DNA of 64,000 bases. Source: the human T2T-CHM13v2.0 reference genome, Homo sapiens. Location: the NCBI RefSeq assembly GCF_009914755.1, contig NC_060933.1, one strand, 5' to 3'. This document shows positions 14,140 to 27,139 of the stretch, piece by piece. Numbering within the stretch: the stretch's first letter is position 1; every line of letters begins with the position of its first letter. A program made the position numbers and the translations under genes. Under the pieces are notes generated by a model, which saw only the letters and a list, made by a program, of their open reading frames with translations, made no database searches and was not told where the DNA came from.

Positions 14140-14480
14140 TTATCTATTTATTTATTACATTATTATTTTTATTAATTGTTTTTGAGACAGGGTATCGCTC
14201 TGTCGCCCAGGCTGGAGTGCAGTGGCACGATCTTGGCTCACTGTAACCTCTGCTTTCTGGGTTCAAGCAATTCTCATGCCTTAGCCTCCCGAATAGCTGG
14301 GATTACAGGTGCATGCCACCACACCTGGCTAAGTTTTGTATTTTGTTTGTTTGTTTGTTTAGTAGAGACAGGGCTTCGCCATGTTGGCCAGGCTGGTCTC
14401 GAACTCCTGGCCTCAAGTGATCTGTCTGCCTCTGCCTCCCATGGTGCTGGGATTACAGGCATGAGCCACTGTGCCCGGCC
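14140..14480 (-). mobile_element. Alu (S/J-type), full length, with (TTTA)n tail
   Basis: tttttgagacaggg...ccactgtgcccggcc. Confidence 0.95.
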
Positions 14481-14603
14481 TATTCTGGCTTTTTTAGGTG
14501 CCCAGAGACAGTCAAGAGTGTGTGTTAGGAGGAGATAAGGCCCTTAGAGCCCCAGGCACTGAAACAAGCTGTGTTGCCCCCTGTAAATGACTCTACCTAA
14601 GAG

Positions 14604-14831
14604 ACAGCATGGTGACTATAGTCAGTAATAATGCATTGCATATTTCCAACAGCTAAAAGAGAGGTTTTTAATGGTTCTCACTACAAAGAAATGATGAACA
14701 TTTGAGGTGAAGGGTATGTTAATTAGCCTGATTTGATCATTCCACAATGCATACACTGTCAAAACACCACACTGTACCCTATAGATACACTGAACTATTT
14801 GTCTATTAAAAATTAAATTAAATAAATAAAA
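14604..14831 (+). mobile_element. L1MA-type 3' UTR end with A-rich tail
   Basis: acagcatggtgactatagt...gttaattagcctgatttgatcattccaca...aataaataaa. Confidence 0.75.
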
Positions 14832-15606
14832 ACTTTTAGAAATAATTTTTAAAAGGAGACAATGCTAACTCATAAAAGATGTGTAACAACATCCAGTGGA
14901 GGCCCGATTTTCCTCCTGATTTTTAAAAACATCTTTCAAGAAAGAATAGTCGGGTATTTCTGCTATGCTAATGCTGTTAACACCCAGACAGCCAGTACCG
15001 CTTGTCCCCACACCACCCCACAATGTAAGGAGACATGGCAGCCTCCTCTCCAGATGTTTTAAACTGACAATCACCGGCCTGGGGGGATCAGGTTCCAACG
15101 GCCACAGGGTGTTCAGTTTAGAATCAAATGACAAACCCACCATCCAACATCCCGTCTGTCCTGAACACATTATCCTCAACCCCAAGGAGTGAGGCCACCG
15201 CGAGCACCTCAGCGCCTTCTGCTTGTTCGTGTCACACGATTGTGTGGGAGAGAGGGCGGGGGCCGGGAGGGAGGGAAGGTTGGGGAGAAGGCTCGCTCCA
15301 CACCGGCTGGGTGACCTGCAGCCAGCCCCTGCACCCTCTGTGTTCAGACTCTGTACGTGGCCAACAAGGCCTGTTTGAGTGACAGTCAAAGACCCTCCCC
15401 TCGCCCCCGGTGTCCTCCCTGGTGCCGCTGCTGGCTGGTCCAGGGCCCACTGCAGGCCCAGCTGCAGAGAGTGCAGACCTCTGCCTGATTTATTCAGGTC
15501 CGCTTCTCAGAAGCGTAGAGGTCACCCAGGCTGTTTGGGGGGGGATGTCCCCCCACCGAAACCCCGTCCGCTGCCTGCTGTGGAGACGCCGACAGTGCAA
15601 ACTCAC

Positions 15607-15708
15607 CAGGCACCATCCCTGTCAGCGTCGGTGCTGAGTAGCTGCCCTGTCCAGCGGGGGGGACGTGTGGAGGGTACCCGGGGAGGGTCGTGCTCGCCAA
15701 GTCACGGC
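15607..15708 (-). CDS. PAX5: PAX5 coding exon 8 ([35 protein letters not shown]), transactivation domain, phase 1 to 1
   Basis: The translation matches the PAX2/5/8 transactivation module. Acceptor is ttgattcctcag|GC (AG at 15709-15710) and donor is CCTG|gtgagt (15601-15606); length 102 nt; it joins exon 7 in frame (G|GC = Gly). Confidence 0.98.
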
Positions 15709-15862
15709 CTGAGGAATCAAAGCAACAAATCACAGGGTGAGCATCTTCGCGGCCAGCCGCTCATGTCCACAGCTCCCTGGACGCTTCTGCACATTTGTCA
15801 CGTTTGGACGCTGAACGGCAATGTGCCCCCAGCTCCCCCCTGTCGCTCACACGCTCTCACAA

Positions 15863-15863
15863 A

Positions 15864-15898
<35 letters not shown>

Positions 15899-15911
15899 TC
15901 ATGCACACACA
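15863..15911. repeat. (CA)n microsatellite, read as (UG)n in the PAX5 pre-mRNA, ~155 nt upstream of the exon 8 acceptor
   Basis: Directly visible. Confidence 0.95.
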
Positions 15912-16859
15912 TCTCCAGCCACCCTCGCTCCACTCAGCAAGAACAGAGTCAGGGATGTGGCCTGTTCCTGGGAAATCAGAACCCCCTGCTTGGGGAGGCT
16001 AGGCAATGCAGGTGACAGCACGCCCCGACTCCAGCCAGCTCTCCCTACTCTCTACTCCCCAAGAATGGCTGGGACCTCTCCATCTCCACACTGTTGTTTC
16101 TGCTATGTCCTTTGTACAAAGTCCCCCTTCCTCCAACTGCACACAGCCTGCCACCACCTGCCTTCAAAGACCAGCTCAAATGCCTCCCTTCTCCTCTCCT
16201 CAACAGCCCCCCACAGTGAACAGGGGGCATATCTGCCTCAAACCTTATAGTCCCATATCTGGCCTAGTACTGAATTTTTCCTCCTTTGGCCTAGAGCTGT
16301 TTCTTCATTCAGTGAAGATGCAGGAAGCACCTCCCAGTGCCAAACACTGTTCTGGCCCTGGGACATGGAGGTTAAGGCCTCAGCCCTCAAGGCGTGCACA
16401 CTCCCATGGGCGAGTGTCCAGCTCTTTCAGGCTGCTGTGCTTCTGACCATGAGTCCAGAGTGTCCATGTGTCTCTCAGCTGGGACACTGTCACCATCACT
16501 GATTGGCTCCATCACGCAGAGGAAAATTCAATTGCACAGTTTTGATGGGTGTGCATGTTGGGGTAGAGGCCAGGACCACATAAGGGGTGCTGCCAAACCT
16601 GCCTCCTGAAAGATGGGGGGCATTAGCCCAGTAGGAGGCTGCCTGGTACAAGTGCTCACATCCTACTTGGCTGCCTGGGATGGATAAGAGGATCGTGAGA
16701 GGGGAGGGAACTTGTCCAAAGATACTCGGCTGACCTGAGGCAAGGCTGGGACTGACAGTCTGCCCCCCTGCCCCCTGGGAGTGGATCCTTTCTTCAACGG
16801 TGGGTTGCTCTCAGGGTCATTTCTGAACCCCAACAGTTTCTGCTGCTGTTACACATGCT

Positions 16860-18398
<1,539 letters not shown>

Positions 18399-18904
18399 AT
18401 GGACTGTGTCGACTCCAGCCTTGTGCAGGACTTGAGCAACCACCATGCTGGGGACTCATTCCATTCTCAGGTCCCCCTCTCCCAGCCCACCAGGATGGCA
18501 GTATGTGCTCAGAGGAGCTGGCACATGGCCGCATGCACTCTACACATCACTCTGCCTCCGAGTTCCCATCACAGAGGGGCTCCTTTGCCTTGTCCACGGC
18601 TCCAGTTTTACGCAGGCACAGTCCCCAGAACCAGAGGCTTCACCTGTAGCTGTGCTTACTCTCCTTGGACTAGCCATGAAAACAAAGGGCCTGGGTTGTT
18701 CCTTGCAAGGAAGGGAGAGAAGCTGACAGCTTTCTGTGTCCTCTCAACCTCCTGAATTGCTCCAGTGTTCCAGGCACTGGTATGGGCTGTTGAGCAGCAT
18801 TATTCCACTGAAACCTCATAGCTTACAAAATTCCCAGCATAAACCTGATGACACTGTGTGGGGAGGTCTCGGGGAGGCTGCAGCTCACCAGAGAAAGGAA
18901 GACA

Positions 18905-19250
18905 GCAGAGCACAGTGACGAAGCATGTCAAGTCTGCCCAGGCTCACACCCTTGATTTGCCACTTATTAGCTGTGTGACCTTGAGAGAGTCCCTTAGTCA
19001 TTCTGAGCCTCTATTTCCTTATCTATAAAATGGGGAGGATAATAGCCAGCGCTTACGGAGAGTAAACTGTGAGTGAGGCACACACATTCTCACTTATTCC
19101 TCACAATAGCCCTATTAGAGAGCTACTATGATCCCTATTTTACTGAGGGGGAAACTGAGGCACAGAGCATTTAAGTGACTTGCTCACAGTCACACAGCTA
19201 GAAGATTAAAAAGCAAGGTTTCAAACCCAGCCAGTCTGGCTTGCAAGCCT
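18905..19250. mobile_element. Two adjacent MIRs in opposite orientation (+ ~18905-19075, - ~19085-19250)
   Basis: ccacttattagctgtgtgaccttg...tctataaaatgggg, followed by ggaaactgaggcacaga...gtcacacagctag. Confidence 0.75.
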
Positions 19251-19499
19251 GCCCTCTCCACCCCTGCCCTGTGCCATCTCTGCAACCACACAGAAGCATG
19301 CCTTCTTCATAAGGCTGTGGTAAGGAGGCAGAGGGAAGATGTGTGAGAAGCGCATGGCACAGTGTGGAAGGTAATTCTTCACCCCACCCTCACCACCATC
19401 AGCTTGAAAAAGAAATAGTAATTTAACACCAAAAAGTAGGAAGGACATATATTAAACTGGTTTTTAAAACCAAATAAATTCAGTTTTATGAAAAAACAA

Positions 19500-19875
19500 A
19501 AGGAACCCTTTGCAGCTCTTCCTGCTAGAGCACAGTGGCCTCCTCTGACCCTTAAATTTAGGTTCAGCCGTGTGCCTTGCTCTGGCCAATGGGATGGGAG
19601 CACTCGGCAAGCAGAAGCTTGATGTGTGCTTGTGTGGCTGGGTGCCCTTCTCCCTTATCCTGAGAATATGCCCTGGCTAGCCTGCAGGTCCAAGGAGAGG
19701 GGGCACATGTGGAGCAGAGATGGACCCAAACTGTGACTGGAACCCAGCCCAGCCTGGTGCAGCCAATCCCCAGCCGACCCCAAGTGCACTAGCAAGAATA
19801 AACGATTACTGTGTTAAGACCTGAGTTTGGGGGGCATTTGCTAAGCAGCAATGTGGTGGCAATTGCTGATTGACA
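19500..19875 (+). mobile_element. Old MaLR LTR (MLT1I/J/K-like)
   Basis: Contains ctctggccaatgggatg and gaataaacgattactgtgttaag; ends gcaattgctgattgaca. Confidence 0.6.
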
Positions 19876-20289
19876 AAGATTTAATAAATGTCATCACTGT
19901 TCTCTACTTAAAAGCTTGCTGCCTGGAACCTCTAAGAACACGTATCAAATTCCAGGCAGAGGCTGATCCCCACGCCTGGTTGGGGAACCCACTCTTATGA
20001 ATTCAAGCCTCAGATCTGCTCTGAGGCCCATCAGAACTCTCCCGGCACCAAGCTGAGGAGTCTGTGACCTTGGAGGACACAGGCAGTTTCACCTTCTCAG
20101 TCCCTTCCCTAACATGTCTTAGGCATGTCGCCAGGGTTGGGGTTTACAACCTGTCAACACAAGGCAGCTAAGGAGATGCTACTCCCCCTTCTTAGCTCTA
20201 ATTCAAGCCTCTGGACTGGGATGGGAAACCAGATTTAATGCTTCTAAACATGCTATGACCTCAAAGCACACATTTCTTTCATTTTTTTT

Positions 20290-20460
20290 TAACCAAGGAA
20301 GAAATTATTTGTATCATTTGCAATGGCACTGAATGTTATTGATGGCCTATAATAAGTTTGCAAATAACTAACTAAAATGAATCAATTTGCATTCCTAACA
20401 TAATTCCTCCTATTAATGGCACGTAAGTACATCTTTTCTAACTCATGCGTGGCCTTCTCT
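20290..20460. promoter_or_regulatory. Candidate intronic enhancer with an octamer ATTTGCAT (20385-20392)
   Basis: Repeat-free AT-rich block with POU and homeodomain motifs; function is inferred only. Confidence 0.35.
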
Positions 20461-20779
20461 TACCAGGGAGAATAACCAAGACTTGGCTTTGCTTACTATC
20501 AGCAAGGAGTCCAGGCAGAACAGTGAAACTCAACACAAAGGCCACTCCTCCAGAAGAGACACATTTGGTTTGAAATAACTCACTCTTTGCAATCCTGAGA
20601 GGAAGGGGAAGAACAGGGATCTGCCCCTGTTGTGTACATGAGGAAACTGAGGCTCAGGGATGAGTTTTGACTGGCCCAAAGTCACAGAGTAAGCGGTAGA
20701 ACAGGGACTTCAATTCAGATCTCATGATTTCTACTTAAATGCTATTATTGTAGGATTATTAAAAATGTTTCCCCTCGAG

Positions 20780-22235
20780 GGGACTAGCCCTCCCAGATGC
20801 TAAAACATTCTATGAAGTCTTTATAATTAATATTGTGATACCAGCACCTGAAGAAAAAACCAATGGAATAGAATGAAAAATTTAAACAAAGGCTCAAAAG
20901 ATCCAATCCATATTGGATTATGGACCCAATAATCCAATGCATAGATTATATGGAAATCTAGCATACGATGAAGGTAGGATCTCGAATCACTGGGGCAAAT
21001 ATGGACTTTTTATAAATGGTGTTAGGACAACTGGAAAGCCATCTGGGAAAAAAGATAAAATAGATCAACTCTTCCCACCATATATAAGAATAAACTACAA
21101 ATAGAACTGAGAAATGAATGTAAAAAAATAAAACTCTACAAGTACTAGAAGAAAATACAGGTGAATTCCTCTCTAATCCAGGTGCAGAAAGACTTTCTGA
21201 CTATGACTCGAAACCAGATGCACACACACTACAAAAATTAACTCAAAAATGAATCAAAGACCTAAATGTAGGAGTTAAAAGTACAAAATTCTTAGAAGGA
21301 AATATGGGCATAAATCTCCATGACCCTGGATTCGGCAATAGTTTATTGGATATGACACAAACAAAAAAATAGATACACTGGACTTCATCAAAATTAAAAG
21401 CTTTTGTGCTTCAAAGGATACTACCAAGAAAGTGAAAAAATGACCCATAGAATGGGAGAAAATATTTGCAAATCATATGTCTGATAAAGGACTTGTATCT
21501 AGAATATATAAAGAACTCTTGCAGCTCAATAATAAAAAGACAAATAATCCAATTTTAAAATGAGCAAAGCAACTGAATAGGCATTTGTCTAAAGAAGAAT
21601 AAATGAAATGGCTAACAAGCACATGAAAAGATGTTCAACATCATTAGCTCTCAGGGAAATGCAAATCCAAACCACAATAAAACACCACTTCATACCCACT
21701 GGGAAGGTTACGGTCAAAAAGACATATTGTCACAATCATTGGCAAAGATGGGGAAAAGCGGAACCCTCAAACACTGCTGGTAGGAATGTAAAATGGTACA
21801 GCCGCTTTGGAAAAGTCTGGCAGTTCTTAGACATCGAGTTACCACGTGACCCAGCAATTCCCACTCCTAGGTGTACACCCCAGAGAAATAAGAACATATG
21901 TCCACATAAAAACTTGTACACAAATGTTGGTGGCAGCATTATTCATGATAGCCAAAAAGTGGAAACAGCTCAGATATCCATCAATTGATGAATGCATAAT
22001 GAAAATGTAGTATGTCCATACAATGGAATATTTGGCAATAAAACAGAGTGAAATACCAATACATACTACAGTAGTAACATTCATAATGAACTTGAAATGA
22101 CTATGCTACGTGAAAGAAGCCAGTCACAAAAGACTATGTATTGTGTGAATATATTCATACAAATGTCCAAGATAGGCAAATCTACCGACAAAAGGTAGAT
22201 TCGTGATTGCCTAGGGCTGGGGCTGGGAAATGCTC
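20780..22235 (+). mobile_element. L1M ORF2 C-terminus and 3' UTR, probably two nested or adjacent L1ME/L1MB pieces
   Basis: The 21608-21988 translation MANKHMKRCSTSLALREMQIQTT is the L1 ORF2 C-terminal domain; gacccagcaattcccactcctagg is present; multiple frameshifts. Confidence 0.9.
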
Positions 22236-22658
22236 AACAGGCAAAGACATGAAGGGAAGATATAAAGTCTCAGGCTGCATCTGGGGAGAGGGCAGGCTGG
22301 GCAGAGGCACTCTATGGCTGACGCTGGTGGAAGACCTGGCATCCAGAGGGCAGACCTGACCCCAGGGAGGAGACCTCCAGGCAGCTCTGCAGGCGGCAGG
22401 CTTGAGGGGGCATGAAGCCACCCACATCTGCTCTCCCTTTCACACAGGCTCCCCCGTTGCCTCCAGAGCCAAATCTAGGCCCCTGAGCCTTGCAGGGAGG
22501 GGTGGAGTTTGGAGTCACACAGGCCTGGCTTCAAATCTTAGCTCCACCACTTACTCGCTGTGTGACCTCTGGCAGGTAATACAATGATCTGAGCATGGGG
22601 CTTTCTTTGATAATTGGAAAAAGAGGGTATTTATTGGGAGTGTAACAATGGTACTCTC

Positions 22659-22772
22659 TGTAACAGGATTAAAACATGTCTGCAAATTCTTTGTTACTCT
22701 TCTCATGGAGAAGTGAGGTCTATGATCCTTTACCCTGAACCTGGGCCCCCTTGGTGACTGGTCAACCCACAG
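22659..22772 (+). mobile_element. MLT1 LTR 5' fragment
   Basis: tgcaaattctttgttactctt...gaagtgaggtctatg...cttggtgactgg. Confidence 0.5.
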
Positions 22773-22809
22773 AGCTCCAGCCTCCTTGGAGTTTCCCACA
22801 AGCCAGGCC

Positions 22810-23220
22810 CTGGCCAGGCACTTCCATGTCTTAACCTCATTCAATACAAGAACCCCATAAGGTTGCGGTTATAATCCCCATTTTACAAATGAGGAAATGA
22901 AGGCTCCCAAGCAGTTGATGTACCCAAGGTTGCACAGCTGATAATAATAACAATAACAGCTAATATTTTTGTAGAATTTACTGTATGCCAGACAAGGCTC
23001 TACACTAAGCAGTGTTCTAAACAATATTCACTCTGCTTTGTAAATATAGATTCATTTCATCCTCAAAAACTCTGTAAGGTGAACCCTATTGTTATCCCCA
23101 TTTTACAGATGTGGAAACTAAAACACAGCGAGATTAGGCACCTGCCCAAGTTCCCACAGCTAGTCACAAATGGACCCTTATCCAAACGGAGGCGTTCTGG
23201 CACCAGATGCCTTCACAATC
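22810..23220 (-). mobile_element. Two MIR fragments
   Basis: ccccattttacaaatgaggaaa and ccccattttacagatgtggaaact. Confidence 0.75.
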
Positions 23221-24412
23221 CCCCAGCATTGGGCACCCATCCTTCTCCTGCTTCTAGACTGGAAGTCCCCAGAGATCAAGAACTGCTCTCATTCCTGTTT
23301 CCCTTGCACTGGCCTGGCACACAGTAGGTACTCAGAAAACGTTTGCCAAGATGAAATTAATCATATGACATTGGGTCTGCTCTTCTGAAGGAACTATGCT
23401 TCTCTTCGCATCAGCGTCTCAGAAAGCCCTTCATCACGAACTCCACAAAATAACCAGGCCTGATTGATCAGTTTTTGCTTAGACGCAACTTTTTCTTTTT
23501 CTTTTTCATAGAGCCCATTTCTAGGTAGGCTCTCTCTATGTACACTAACGGGGGGGGGGGGAATGTGAATCCAATTAACTTCAAATTTAGCTCATAATGA
23601 ACTTATCTCATTTTGCTACCAGCTCGGTTCTCATCGTGTGGCAGTAATTAACCACTGGGGGTTGTCACTCCCAGACACATGACACAGAAATCCTCCCAGT
23701 CCTTCGCTTCAAACCCTTGCAGAATTCATTACCCTGACAGTGTGAAAACCCTTCACTTTGAATACCATAGGGCACCAACCAAACTCCCCCTCCATCTACC
23801 TGACTGTGTGTGTGAGTGAGAGAAAGAAGGAAGCAAGCCATCGAGCAGCCATTAATTATTGTGAACAAGATGAGAGGTGGGGGCGGGATCCTGGTGATGG
23901 CTTGATGGCCCGAGAGGGTCTGCCAGCCTTGACAGCCCTGGGGCAAGAGGTCCTGCCCAGAGGAGGGAGATCTTAGCATACAAGGCCCAAACTATAAGGG
24001 AATATGGGGGAACTGGCTGGGAAAGGCAGAGCTCTTTGCGAACTGGCAACTCTGTCTGCTGGGGACTCCTAAGGTCCAGGAAGCCTGCACACTCCAGGCA
24101 ACACGGATTGCTGTGTGACCTCAGGTAAACTTCACCCCCTCTCTGGGCCTTGGTTTCTGGGCCTTGGTTATCTGAATACTCAAGCAGTGGGAACAGATGG
24201 CCTCTGAGGGTTTTTTCCACAGTAACATTCCATAAGTCGGTGGCATCATTTCACCCCCATGTTGATGGAAAAGAAGGTGGGTATCAATTCCTACAGAGAC
24301 AGATATGGCAGTGCCTGCTCGCTGTGGCCTCCACACTCTTGCCCACAGCATCAGACTTCCTGGAGCCCCTGAATTAAACCCGAGTGAAAGGAGGATAAGC
24401 ATAAGGCACTTA

Positions 24413-24782
<370 letters not shown>

Positions 24783-26199
24783 TCACTTTATATTTGTACA
24801 AGAGTTATGCTTTTAACTTTTTCTGAAGTATATTTTGACACCTGTTGTAGGAAAAGGTGAACAATGCCAAAGACAATGACATGAGCTGAAGATTTTCAAC
24901 AAACCCCGAAGCAGATGACAGTGAACAAGTGCCACCTTAGGGAGAGGGGGAGAAACAGCTCAATACCCAGGACGTGGGGCGGGGATTCATCCTGCTACGC
25001 ACACGTCGGTGCGTGTGTACACGTAGTGCATACGCCGCCAGGCTTATTCGTTCCAGCTGGTGTTGGAAATGTGTGGCAGTTTGAACAGGGTTGCTCTGGA
25101 GTCTCCCTTTGTCCAGACCTGCCACTAGTGGAGGGTATGCTGCTGACGGTAGATGCAGAGGGGGAATATTTCACCCGGAGGGGAAGGGCAGTGGGAATGG
25201 TGATGTAACAGCCTACCTCTGCCTGCAGACAATGGATGTGCTAATTGCAGATGAGCTGTATCCAGTCATTAAAGCGGATCTGGCAGGCTCCTAATGACAG
25301 GTTTATTAGCCATTAGTTTGGGTGGTGTTATTGACTTAGGAATAGTAACCCTCAATTTCTTTTCCCAAAATTACCTAATCCCCACTTTTAACTAATTCTG
25401 ACTGACCTCCTTCTAATTGCCCTGGCTAAAGATCTAATCTGGATTTGTAGAGCCAGGAAGACAATCTCAGAATCCACTAACCAGGGAGCTGTTTACTTTG
25501 CTAACCCTCCTCATTCCTTCCTCTGAATTGACCGCACCCACCTCCCTGGAATCTCTGGAACTATCACACTCCAATACTGTGTTTCAATTTTGGAAGCGTG
25601 TTTGAATTTCACCTGCCTGGCATTTTAGAGCAGACACTGGGACTCAGTCTATATTTCCATGCACATGTATGACACCAGCCCCCGGAACCAGCAACTGTTG
25701 AGCCAACTTAATGAAATGACAAAGTCAGGGTTCTAATTAGGAAAGCAGCAAAGCAGCTCTACCACACTGATGGCTCTGGGCCTCCCTGCCACGACGGGGA
25801 CTGCTCCAGAGACAGGAGGAAGGCAGTATTTATGGCGCAAGGATTCCCAGGGCAAAGTGGGCTAGCTCGTGACTTTATTCATTCATTCACTCATTCATGC
25901 ATTATCTGACACTAAGTTCTAAACACTGTCCTGAGTGCTCTAAAGGATGCAAAGATGATAACAGTAACAATAACAACCAAAACAACAGCAACTATCCTTT
26001 ACACAGCTCTTAGCGCCAAGCGTTGTTCTAAGCACTTTGTATGTATTATCTCATTTAAGTACCGCAGCCACTCCAGGAGATATCATCAAGCTTTACAATC
26101 CCCAGTTTGCAGATAAGGTACTCAGCTCTTAAGAGGTGAGCTGGATGCAGGCTGAGGCTGACTTCAGAGCCAGTCACTCCTGCCTCACACACACGATTG

Positions 26200-26745
26200 T
26201 TTCAGTAGGTGAATCACAGAATACAAAATGCACGCTCCCCTGTGACCAGTCAGCTTCTAGGACTTCACCTATGGAAACACACAGAAAAATACACCAAGAT
26301 ATTTCATGGGAAGGAAGGAAGGCAGCAATCCTTATTGCTGGGATAAATAAATTATGATACTTGCCTGTGGTGGAATATTTATTATACAGTTTTGAGAAAC
26401 AATGAGGTAGATTTGATTGTGGAAATTGTGGAGCGATCTCCAAGGGAAACTACTAAGTGAACAGGCAAGTGTGGAAGAACACTGTGTACAGTATAATTCC
26501 ATCTGTGCTAGTAAAAAGAGGATAAAATCTGGAGGCGGATAGAGGAATTAAAATGTTACTGAAAATATACAGAAGACACTGTTAACTTTGGGGAGAGGGA
26601 TTACAGATGGGAGGGCTTAGGTTGGGAGTGGGAGATTTATTTTTCATTTTCTATTTTTCTGTATGGCTTGAATATTTAACCACATGTGTGTATTACTTTT
26701 TATTCCAAATTAACTTTTTGAGTTAAAATTAATGTTTTCTTAAAA
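26200..26745 (+). mobile_element. L1ME-type 3' end
   Basis: ggataaataaattatgatac...gtggaatatt...catgtgtgtattacttt. Confidence 0.65.
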
Positions 26746-27069
26746 CTAAACACAGTCCGTGCCCAAGGGGCTCACTCACACTCTAGAAGAAGAGATAATA
26801 ATGAACCAAGATGTATGAAGTGCAGTTGCCCCCTGCCCCCACTGCAGCCGCTCTCAGGCCAGTGTCATGGCAGGAACTTCTCGCGTTCAAGGACAGCATC
26901 ACGATGCCAGCAGCACCTTGGCCAAGTTGCATACTCAGAGCTCATGTCCCCACCAGGCCTCTCCCAGGCTGGCATCCAGACCTCTGTGGTGGCCTGCCCT
27001 ACCGATCTGAAATGCACCATGAACAATCCCAGCCCCTGCAATCCGGCTATGAGTAGCCAAAAGTGGGCA

Positions 27070-27139
27070 CAAAGCCTGTCCCTAAATCCTTCCTGGCACC
27101 AACTCTGGAAGGCTGGGAGGGACTTAGGGACAGGCTTTT
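27070..27139 (-). ncRNA. MIR4476: pre-miRNA hsa-mir-4476 in intron 7, same strand as PAX5; mature CAGGAAGGAUUUAGGGACAGGC at 27074-27095
   Basis: A long inverted repeat is directly visible. The reverse complement of 27074-27095 matches the miR-4476 mature sequence as I recall it, and MIR4476 is known to lie in a PAX5 intron. Confidence 0.9.

Noticed and set aside
15379-16002. 207-aa plus-strand ORF antisense to exon 8
   Set aside because: A GC-rich shadow ORF with a non-ATG start that runs through the CA repeat; no recognisable domain.
21608-21988. 126-aa ORF resembling a real protein
   Set aside because: It is an L1 ORF2 C-terminal remnant that frameshifts midway.
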